Positions 28,060-40,500 of a stretch of 64,000 bases of DNA are shown piece after piece; within the stretch, counting starts at the first letter, position 1, and every line of letters begins with the position of its first letter. Source of the stretch: the human T2T-CHM13v2.0 reference genome, Homo sapiens. Where the stretch lies: assembly GCF_009914755.1 (NCBI RefSeq), contig NC_060933.1; one strand, written 5' to 3'. Position numbers and translations under genes: made by a program. The notes beneath the pieces were generated by a model. The model had not been told where the DNA came from, did not search any database, and worked only from the letters and a program-made list of their open reading frames with translations.

Positions 28060-31000
28060 ATGGAATGGAATGGAATGGAATGGAATGGAATGCAATGGAA
28101 TGGAATGGAATCGTTCCGATTGGAATAGGAGGGAATGTATTCGAGTGGAATGGAAAGGAATGGAATCAACCAGAGTGGAATGGAAGGGAATGGAATGGAA
28201 TGGAAACTAATAGAATGGAGTCAACCCGAGTGGAATGGAATAGAAAGGACTGGAATAGAATGGAATGGAATGGAATCAACTCGATTGTAATGGAATGGAA
28301 TGGAATGGAATGGAATGGAGTGGAATGGAATGGAATCAACCCGAGTGCAGGGGAATGGAATGGAATGGAATGCAATGGAATGGAATCAACCGGAATGGAA
28401 TGGAATGGAATGGAATGCAAAGCAATGGAATCAACTCGATTGCAATGGAATGGAACGGAATGGAAAGGAATACATTGGAATCAACCTGACTGGAATGGAA
28501 TGGAAAGGACTGGAATGGAGTGGAATGCAATGGAATGGAATGGAATGGAATGGAATCAACTCGATTGGAATGGAATGGAATGGAATGGAATGGAATTAAC
28601 CCGAATAAAATGGAATGGAATGGAATGGAACAGAACGGAATGGAATGGAATGGAATGGAATGGAATGGAATGGAATGGAATCAACCCGACTGCAGGGGAA
28701 TGGAATTGAATGGAATGCAATGGAATGGATTCAACTTGAATGGAATGGAAAGAATGGAATCAACACGAGTGGAATGGTAGGAATTGAAATGGAATGGAAT
28801 GGAATCAACCCAAGTACAGGGGAATGGAATGGAATGGAATGCAATGGAATGGAATCTTCCGGAATGGAATGGAATGGAATGGAATGGAATGGAATGGAAT
28901 GGAATGGAATAAACCAGAGTGCAATGGAATGGAGTGGAATGGAATGGAATGGAATGGAATGGAATGGAATGGAATGGAATTAACCCGAATAGAATGGAAT
29001 GGAATGGAATGGAACGGAACGGAACAGAATGGAATGGAATGGAATGGAATGGAATGGAACGGAATGGAATCAACCCGACTGCAGGGGAATGGAATGGAAT
29101 GGAATGCAATGGAATGCATTCAACTTGAATGGAATGGAAAGAATGGAATCAACACGAGTGGAATGGCATGGATTGGAATGGAATGGAATGCAATCAACCC
29201 GAGTAGAGGGGAATGGAATGGAATGGAATGCAATGGAATGGAATCATCCGTAATGGAATGGAAAGTAATGGAATGGAGTGGAATTAACCCGAATAGAATG
29301 GAATGGAATGGAATGGAACAGAATGGAACGGAAAGGAATGGAATGGAATGGAATGGAATGGAATGGAATGGAATGGAATGGTATGGAATGGAATGGAATG
29401 GTACGGAATAGAATGGAATGGAACGAATTGTAATGGAATGGAATTGAATGGAATGGAATGGAATGGAATGGAATCAACGCGAGTGCAGGGGAATGTAATG
29501 GAACGGAATGCAATGGAATGGAATCATCCGGAATGGAATGGAATGGAATGGAATGGAATGGAATGGAATGGAGTCAACCCGACTGCAATGGAATGGAGTG
29601 GAATGGAATGGAATGGAATGGAACAACCCGAATGGAATGGAATGTAATGGAGAGTAAGGGAGTTGAATAGAATCAATCCGAATGTAATGGAATGGAATGC
29701 AACGGAATGGAATGGAATGGAATGGAATGGAATGCAATGGAATGGAATCAACCCGAGTACAATGGAATGGAATGGAATGGAATGGAATGGAATGGAATGA
29801 AATGGAATGATACGGAATAGAATGGAATGGAACGAAATGGAATGGAATGGAATGGAATGGAATGGAATGGAATGGAATCGTTCCGAGTGGAATAGGAGGG
29901 AATGTATTCGAGTGGAATGGAAAGGAATGGAATCAACCAGAGTGGAATGGAAGGGAATGGAATGGAATGGAAATTAATAGAATGGAATCAACTCGAGTGG
30001 AATGGAATGGAAAGGACTGGAATGGAATGGAATGGAATGGAATCAACTCGATTGTAATGGAATGGAATGGAATGGAATGGAATGGAATGGAATGGAATGG
30101 AGTGGAATGGAATGGAATCAACCCGAGTGCAGGGGAATGGAATGGAATGGAATGCAATGGAATGGAATCATCCGGAATGGAATGGAATGGAATGGAATGC
30201 AAAGCAATGGAATCAACTCGATTGCAATGGAATGGAATGGAATGGAAAGGAATACATTGGAATCAACCCGACTGGAATGGAAAGGAAAGGACTGGAATGG
30301 AGTGGAATGGAATGGAATGGAATGGAATGGAATCAACTCGATTGGAATGGAATGGAAGGGAATGGAATGGAATTAACCCGAATAGAATGGAATGGAATGG
30401 AATGGAACGGAACGGAATGGAATGGAATGGAATGGAATGGAATGGAATCAACCCGACTGCAGGGGAATGGAATGGAATGGAATGCAATGGAATGGATTCA
30501 ACTTGAATGGAATGGAAAGAATGGAATCAACACGAGTGGAATGGCATGGATTGGAATGGCATTGAATGGAATCAACCCGAGTACAGGGGAATGGAATGGA
30601 ATGGAATGCAATGGAATGGAGTCATCCGTAATGGAATGGAAAGGAATGGAATGGAATGGAATGGAATGGAATGGAATGGAATGGAATGGAATGGAATGCA
30701 ATGGAATGGAATGGAATCGTTCCGAGTGGAATAGGAGGGAATGTATTCGAGTGGAATGGAAAGGAATGGAATCAACCAGAGTGGAATGGAAGGGAATGGA
30801 ATGGAATGGAAACTAATAGAATGGAGTCAACCCGAGTGGAATGGAATAGAAAGGACTGGAATAGAATGGAATGGAATGGAATCAACTCGATTGTAATGGA
30901 ATGGAATGGAATGGAATGGAATGGAATGGAGTGGAATGGAATGGAATCAACCCGAGTGCAGGGGAATGGAATGGAATGGAAAGCAATGGAATGGAATCAA

Positions 31001-34000
31001 CCGGAATGGAATGGAATGGAATGGAATGCAAAGCAATGGAATCAACTCGATTGCAATGGAATGGAATGGAATGGAAAGGAATACATTGGAATCAACCTGA
31101 CTGGAATGGAATGGAAAGGACTGGAATGGAGTGGAATGCAATGGAATGGAATGGAATGGAATGGAATCAACTCGATTGGAATGGAATGGAATGGAATGGA
31201 ATGGAATTAACCCGAATAGAATGGAATGGAATGGAATGGAACAGAACGGAATGGAATGGAATGGAATGGAATGGAATGGAATGGAATGGAATGGAATCAA
31301 CCCGACTGCAGGGGAATGGAATTGAATGGAATGCAATGGAATGGATTCAACTTGAATGGAATGGAAAGAATGGAATCAACACGAGTGGAATGGCAGGGAT
31401 TGAAATGGAATGGAATGGAATCAACCCAAGTACAGGGGAATGGAATGGAATGGAATGCAATGGAATGGAATCTTCCGGAATGGAATGGAATGGAATGGAA
31501 TGAAATGGAATGGAATGGAATAAACCAGAGTGCAATGGAATGGAGTGGAATGGAATGGAATGGAATGGAAGGGAATGGAATGGAATGGAATTAACCCGAA
31601 TAGAATGGAATGGAATGGAATGGAACGGAACGGAACAGAATGGAATGGAAAGGAATGGAATGGAATGGAACGGAATGGAATCAACCCGACTGCAGGGGAA
31701 TGGAATGGAATGGAATGCAATGGAATGCATTCAACTTGAATGGAATGGAAAGAATGGAATCAACACGAGTGGAATGGCATGGATTGGAATGGAATGGAAT
31801 GCAATCAACCCGAGTAGAGGGGAATGGAATGGAATGGAATGCAATGGAATGGAATCATCCGTAATGGAATGGAAAGGAATGGAATGGAATGGAATTAACC
31901 CGAATAGAATGGAATGGAATGGAATGGAACAGAATGGAACGGAAAGGAATGGAATGGAATGGAATGGAATGGAATGGAATGGAATGGTACGGAATAGAAT
32001 GGAATGGAACGAATTGTAATGGAATGGAATTGAATGGAATGGAATGGAATGGAATGGAATCAACGCGAGTGCAGGGGAATGTAATGGAACGGAATGCAAT
32101 GGAATGGAATCATCCGGAATGGAATGGAATGGAATGGAATGGAATGGAATGGAATGGAGTCAACCCGACTGCAATGGAATGGAGTGGAATGGAATGGAAT
32201 GGAATGGAACAACCCGAATGGAATGGAATGTAATGGAGAGTAAGGGAGTTGAATAGAATCAATCCGAATGTAATGGAATGGAATGCAACGGAATGGAATG
32301 GAATGGAATGGAATGGAATGCAATGGAATGGAATCAACCCGAGTACAATGGAATGGAATGGAATGGAATGGAATGGAATGGAATGAAATGGAATTATACG
32401 GAATAGAATGGAATGGAACGAAATGGAATGGAATGGAATGGAATGGAATGGAATGGAATGGAATCGTTCCGAGTGGAATAGGAGGGAATGTATTCGAGTG
32501 GAATGGAAAGGAATGGAATCAACCAGAGTGGAATGGAAGGGAATGGAATGGAATGGAAATTAATAGAATGGAATCAACTCGAGTGGAATGGAATGGAAAG
32601 GACTGGAATGGAATGGAATGGAATGGAATCAACTCGATTGTAATGGAATGGAATGGAATGGAATGGAATGGAATGGAATGGAATGGAATGGAGTGGAATG
32701 GAATGGAATCAACCCGAGTGCAGGGGAATGGAATGGAATGGAATGCAATGGAATGGAATCATCCGGAATGGAATGGAATGGAATGGAATGCAAAGCAATG
32801 GAATCAACTCGATTGCAATGGAATGGAATGGAATGGAAAGGAATACATTGGAATCAACCCGACTGGAATGGAATGGAAAGGACTGGAATGGAGTGGAATG
32901 GAATGGAATGGAATGGAATGGAATCAACTCGATTGGAATGGAATGGAAGGGAATGGAATGGAATTAACCCGAATAGAATGGAATGGAATGGAATGGAACG
33001 GAACGGAATGGAATGGAATGGAATGGAATGGAATGGAATCAACCCGACTGCAGGGGAATGGAATGGAATGGAATGCAATGGAATGGATTCAACTTGAATG
33101 GAATGGAAAGAATGGAATCAACACGAGTGGAATGGCATGGATTGGAATGGCATTGAATGGAATCAACCCGAGTACAGGGGAATGGAATGGAATGGAATGC
33201 AATGGAATGGAGTCATCCGTAATGGAATGGAAAGGAATGGAATGGAATGGAATGGAATGGAATGGAATGGAATGGAATGGAATGGAATGCAATGGAATGG
33301 AATGGAATCGTTCCGAGTGGAATAGGAGGGAATGCATTCGAGTGGAATGGAAAGGAATGGAATCAACCAGAGTGGAATGGAAGGGAATGGAATGGAATGG
33401 AAACTAATAGAATGGAGTCAACCCGAGTGGAATGGAATAGAAAGGACTGGAATAGAATGGAATGGAATGGAATCAACTCGATTGTAATGGAATGGAATGG
33501 AATGGAATGGAATGGAATGGAATGGAGTGGAATGGAATGGAATCAAACCGAGTGCAGGGGAATGGAATGGAATGGAATGCAATGGAATGGAATCAACCGG
33601 AATGGAATGGAATGGAATGGAATGCAAAGCAATGGAATCAACTCGATTGCAATGGAATGGAATGGAATGGAAAGGAATACATTGGAATCAACCTGACTGG
33701 AATGGAATGGAAAGGACTGGAATGGAGTGGAATGCAATGGAATGGAATGGAATGGAATGGAATCAACTCGATTGGAATGGAATGGAATGGAATGGAATGG
33801 AATGGAATTAACCCGAATAGAATGGAATGGAATGGAATGGAACAGAACGGAATGGAATGGAATGGAATGGAATGGAATGGAATGGAATCAACCCGACTGC
33901 AGGGGAATGGAATTGAATGGAATGCAATGGAATGGATTCAACTTGAATGGAATGGAAAGAATGGAATCAACACGAGTGGAATGGCAGGGATTGAAATGGA

Positions 34001-35060
34001 ATGGAATGGAATCAACCCAAGTACAGGGGAATGGAATGGAATGGAATGGAATGCAATGGAATGGAATCTTCCGGAATGGAATGGAATGGAATGGAATGGA
34101 ATGGAATGGATTGGAATAAACCAGAGTGCAATGGAATGGAGTGGAATGGAATGGAATGGAATGGAATGGAATGGAATGGAATGGAATTAACCCGAATAGA
34201 ATGGAATGGAATGGAATGGAACGGAACGGAACAGAATGGAATGGAATGGAATGGAATGGAATGGAACGGAATGGAATCAACCCGACTGCAGGGGAATGGA
34301 ATGGAATGGAATGCAATGGAATGCATTCAACTTGAATGGAATGGAAAGAATGGAATCAACACGAGTGGAATGGCATGGATTGGAATGGAATGGAATGCAA
34401 TCAACCCGAGTAGAGGGGAATGGAATGGAATGGAATGCAATGGAATGGAATCATCCGTAATGGAATGGAAAGGAATGGAATGGAATGGAATTAACCCGAA
34501 TAGAATGGAATGGAATGGAATGGAACAGAATGGAACGGAAAGGAATGGAATGGAATGGAATGGAATGGAATGGAATGGAATGGTATGGAATGGAATGGAA
34601 TGGTACGGAATAGAATGGAATGGAACGAATTGTAATGGAATGGAATTGAATGGAATGGAATGGAATGGAATGGAATCAACGCGAGTGCAGGGGAATGTAA
34701 TGGAACGGAATGCAATGGAATGGAATCATCCGGAATGGAATGGAATGGAATGGAATGGAATGGAATGGAGTCAACCCGACTGCAATGGAATGGAGTGGAA
34801 TGGAATGGAATGGAATGGAACAACCCGAATGGAATGGAATGTAATGGAGAGTAAGGGAGTTGAATAGAATCAATCCGAATGTAATGGAATGGAATGCAAC
34901 GGAATGGAATGGAATGGAATGGAATGGAATGCAATGGAATGGAATCAACCCGAGTACAATGGAATGGAATGGAATGGAATGGAATGGAATGGAATGAAAT
35001 GGAATGATACGGAATAGAATGGAATGGAACGAAATGGAATGGAATGGAATGGAATGGAAT
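28060..35060 (+). repeat. Recent tandem amplification of a ~2.6-kb unit (two full copies plus a partial third)
   Basis: Seen: private variants recur at ~2.6-kb spacing: GGAGTCAACCCGAGTGGAATGGAATAGAAAGGACTGGAATAG (~28217, ~30824, ~33415), TCAACCTGACTGG (~28481, ~31092, ~33688) and GAGTCAACCCGACTGC (~29571, ~32157, ~34768). The TCGTTCCG marker falls at 28111, 30717 and 33308. Confidence 0.88.
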
Positions 35061-37500
35061 GGAATGGAATCAACCCGAGTGCAATGGAATGGAGTGGAAT
35101 GGAATGGAATGGAATGGAACAACCCGAATGGAATGGAATGTAATGGAGAGTAAGGGAGTTGAATAGAATCAATCCGAATGTAATGGAATGGAATGGAAAG
35201 GAATGGAATTGAATGGAATGGAATGGAATGCAATGGAATGGAATCAACCCGAGTACAATGGAATGGAATGGAATGGAATGGAATGGAATGGAATGGAATG
35301 GAATGGAATGAAATGGAATGATACGGAATAGAATGGAATGGAACGAAATGGAATGGAATGGAATGGAATGGAATGGAATGGAATGGAATCGTTCCGAGTG
35401 GAATAGGAGGGAATGTATTCGAGTGGAATGGAAAGGAATGGAATCAACCAGAGTGGAATGGAAGGGAATGGAATGGAATGGAAACTAATAGAATGGAATC
35501 AACCCGAGTGGAATGGAATGGAAAGGACTGGAATGGAATGGAATGGAATGGAATCAACTCGATTGTAATGGAATGGAATGGAATGGAATGGAATGGAATG
35601 GAATGGAATGGAATTAACCCGAATACAATGGAAGGGAATGGAATGGAATGGAAACTAATAGAATGGAATCAACCCGAGTGGAATGGAATGGAAAGGACTG
35701 GAATGGAATGGAATGGAATGGAATGCAATGGAATGGAATGGAATGGAATCAACTTGATTGGAATGGAATGGAATGGAATTGAATGGAATGGAATGGAATG
35801 GAATGGAATGGAATCAACCCGACTGCAAGGGAATGGAATGGATTGGAATGCAATGGAATGGATTCAACTTGAATGGAATGGAAAGAATGGAATCAACACG
35901 AGTGGAATGGCATGGATTGGAATGGAATGGAATGGAATTAACCCGAATAGAATGGAATGGAATGGAATGGAACGGAACGGAACGGAATGGAATGGAATGG
36001 AATGGAATGGAATGGAATGGAATGGTTTGGAAAGGAATGGATTGGTACGGAATAGAATGGAATGGAACGAATTGTAATGGAATGGAATTGAATGGAATGG
36101 AATGGAATGGAATCAACGTGAGTGCAGGGGAATGTAATGGAACGGAATGCAATGGAATGGAATCATCCGGAATGGAATGGAATGGAATGGAATGGAATGG
36201 AATGGAATGGAATGGAATCAACCCGAGTGCAATGGAATGGAGTGGAATGGAATGGAATGGAATGGAACAACCCGAATGGAATGGAATGTAATGGAGAGTA
36301 AGGGAGTAAAATAGAATCAATTCGAATGTAATGGAATGGAATGCAACGGAATGGAATGGAATGGAATGGAATGGAATGCAATGGAATGGAATCAACCCGA
36401 GTACAATGGAATGGAATGGAATGGAATGGAATGGAATGGAATGGAATGATACGGAATAGAATGGAATGGAACGAAATGGAATGGAATGGAATGGAATGGA
36501 ATGGAATGGAATGGAATGGAATGGAATCGTTCCGAGTGGAATAGGAGGGAATGTATTCGAGTGGAATGGAAAGGAATGGAATCAACAAGAGTGGAATGGA
36601 AGGGAATGGAATGGAATGGAAACTAATAGAATGGAATCAACCCGAGTGGAATGGAATGGAAAGGACTGGAATGGAATGGAATGGAATGGAATCAACTCGA
36701 TTGTAATGGAATGGAATGGAATGGAATGGAATGGAATGGAATGGAATGGAATTAACCCGAATACAATGGAAGGGAATGGAATGGAATGGAAACTAATAGA
36801 ATGGAATCAACCCGAGTGGAATGGAATGGAAAGGACTGGAATGGAATGGAATGGAATGGAATCAACTCGATTGTAATGGAATGGAATGGAATGGAATGGA
36901 ATGGAATGGAATGGAATGGAATGGAATTAACCCGAATACAATGGAATGGAATGGAATGGAATGGAATGGAGGGGAATGGAATGGAATCAACCCGAGTGCA
37001 GGGGAATGGAATGGAATGGAATGCAATGGAATGGAATCATCCGGAATGGAATGGAATGGAATGGAATGCAAAGCAATGGAATCAACTCGATTGCGGTGGA
37101 ATGGAATGGAATGGAAAGGAATACATTGGAATCAACCCGAGTGGAATGGAATGGAAAGGACTGGAATGGAGTGCAATGTAATGGAATGCAATGGAATGGA
37201 ATGGAATGGAATCAACTTGATTGGAATGGAATGGAATGGAATGGAATCAACCCGACTGCAGGGGAATGGAATGGAATGGAATGCAATGGAATGGATTCAA
37301 CTTGAATGGAATGGAAAGAATGGAATCAACACGAGTGGAATGGCATGGATTGGAATGGAATGGAATGGAATCAACCCGAGTACAGGGGAATGGAATGGAA
37401 TGGAATGCAATGGAATGGAATCATCCGTAATGGAATGGAAAGGAATGGAATGGAATGGAATGGAATGGAATGGAATGGAATGGAATGGAATGGAATCAAC

Positions 37501-37514
37501 TCGATTGCAATCGA
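37501..37514. other. 14-bp perfect palindrome TCGATTGCAATCGA (representative of roughly 25-30 copies)
   Basis: Seen: the sequence equals its own reverse complement. Other copies include 3947-3960, 11314-11327, 42981-42994, 53081-53094 and 53321-53334. Confidence 0.85.
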
Positions 37515-40500
37515 ATGGAATGGAATGGAATTAACCCAAATAGAATGGAATGGAATGGAATGGAACGGAACGGAATGGAATGGAATGGAATGGAATGGAA
37601 TGGAATGGAACGGAACGGAACGGAATGGAATGGAATGGAATGGAATGGAATGGAATCAACGCGAGTGCAGGGGAATGGAATGGAATGGAATGCAATGGAA
37701 TGGAATCTTCCGGAATGGAATGGAATGGAATGGAATGGAATGGAATAAACCCGAGTCCAATGGAATGGAGTGGAATGGAATGGAATGGAATGGAACAACC
37801 CGAATGGAATGGAATGTAATGGAGAGTAAGGGAGTTGAATAGAATCAATCCGAATGTAATGGAATGGAATGCAACGGAATGGAATGGAATGGAATGGAAT
37901 GGAATGCAATGGAATGGAATCAACCCGAGTACCATGGAATGGAATGGAATGGAATGGAATGGAATGGAATGGAATGGAATGATACGGAATAGAATGGAAT
38001 GGAACGAAATGGAATTGAATGGAAAGGAATGGAATGGAATGGAATGGAATCGTTCCGAGTGGAATAGGAGGGAATGTATTCGAGTGGAATGGAAAGGAAT
38101 GGAATCAACCAGAGTGGAATGGAAGGGAATGGAATGGAATGGAAACTAATAGAATGGAATCAACCCGAGTGGAATGGAATGGAAAGGACTGGAATGGAAT
38201 GGAATGGAATGGAATCAACTCGTTTGTAATGGAATGGAATGGAATGGAATGGAGTGGAATGGAATGGAATTAAACCGAATACAATGGAAGGGAATGGAAT
38301 GGAATGGAAACTAATAGAATGGAATCAACCCGAGTGCAATGGAATGGAAAGGACTGGAATGGAATGGAATGGAATGGAATCAACTCGATTGAAATGGAAT
38401 GGAATGGAATGGAATGGAATGGAATGGAATGGAATTAACCCGAATACAATGGAATGGAATGGAATGGAATGGAATGGAATGGAATGGAGTGGAATGGAAT
38501 GGAATCAACCCGAGTGCATGGGAATGGAATGGAATGGAATGCAATGGAATGGAATCATCCGGAATGGAATAGAATGGAATGGAATGCAAAGCAATGGAAT
38601 CAACTCGATTGCAATGGAATGGAATGGAATGGAAAGGAATACATTGGAATCAACCCGAGTGTAATGGAATGGAAAGGACTGGAATGCAGTGGAATGGAAT
38701 GGAATGCAATGGAATGGAATGGAATGGAATGGAATCAACTTGGTTGGAATGGAATGGAATGGAATGGAATGGAATGGAATGGAATGGAATGGAATCAACC
38801 CTACTGCAGGGGAATGGAATGGAATGGAATGCAATGGAATGGATTCAACTTGAATGGAATGGAAAGAATGGAATCAACACGAGTGGAATGGCATGGATTG
38901 GAATGGAATGGAATGGAATCAACCCGAGTACAGGGGAATGGAATGGAATGGAATGCAATGGAATGGAATCATCCGTAATGGAATGGAAAGGAATGGAATG
39001 GAATGGAAAGGAATGGAATGGAATGGAATGGAATGGAATCAACTCGATTGCAATCGAATGGAATGGAATGGAATTAACCCGAATAGAATTGAATGGAATG
39101 GAATGGAACGGAACGGAATGGAATGGAATGGAATGGAATGGAATGGAACGGAACGGAATGGAATGGAATGGAATGGAATGGAATGGAATCAACGCGAGTG
39201 CAGAGGAATGGAATGGAATGGAATGCAATGGAATGGAATCTTCCGGAATGGAATGGAATTGAATGGAATGGAATGGAATGGTATGGAATAAACCCGAGTG
39301 CAATGGAATGGAGTGGAATGGAATGGAATGGAATGGAACAACCCGAATGGAATGGAATGTAATGGAGAGTAAGGGAGTTGAATAGAATCAATCCGAATGT
39401 AATGGAATGGAACGGAATGGAATTGAATGGAATGGAATGGAATGCAATGGCATGGAATCAACCCGAGTTCAATGAAATGGAGAGGAATGGAATGGAATGG
39501 AATGGAAACTACCCGAATGGAATGGAATGTAATGGAGTGTAAGGGAATTGAATAGAATCAATCCGAATGTAATGGAATGGAATGGAACGGAATGGAATGG
39601 AATGGAATGGAATGGAATGGAATGCAATGGAATGGAATCAACCCGAGTGCAATCGAATGGAATCGAATGGAATGGAATACAATGGAATGGATTCAACTTG
39701 AATGGAATGGAAAGAATGGAATCAACACGAGTGGAATGACATGGATTGGAATGGAATGGAATGGAATCAACCCGAGTACAGGGGAATGGAATGGAATGGA
39801 ATGCAATGGAATGGAATCATCCGTAATGGAATGGAAAGGAATGGAATGGAATGGAATGGAATGGAATGGAATGGAATCAACTCGATTGCAATCGAATGGA
39901 ATGGAATGGAATTAACCCGAATAGAATGGAATGGAATGGAATGGAACGGAACGGAATGGAATGGAATGGAATGGAATGGAACGGAAAGGAAGGGAATGGA
40001 ATGGAATAGAATGGAATGGAATGGAATCAACGCGAGTGCAGGGGAATGGAATGGAATGGAATGCAATGGAATGGAATCTTCCGGAATGGAATGGAATGGA
40101 ATGGAATGGAATGGAATGGAATAAACCCGAGTGCAATGGAATGGAGTGGAATGGAATGGAATGAAATGGAACAACCCGAATGGAATGGAATGTAATGGAG
40201 AGTAAGGGAGTTGTATAGAATCAATCCGAATGTAATGGAATGGAAAGGAACGGAATGGAATTGAATGCAATGGAATGGAATGCAATGGAATGGAATCCAC
40301 CCGAGTGCAATGGAATGGAGAGGAATGGAATGGAATGGAATGGAAACTACCCGAATGGAATGGAATGTAATGGAGTGTAAGGGAATTGAATAGAATCAAT
40401 CCGAATGTAATGGAATGGAATGGAACGGAATGGAATGGAATGGAATGGAATGGAATGGAATGGAATCAACCCGACTGCAGGGGAATGGAATGGAATGGAA

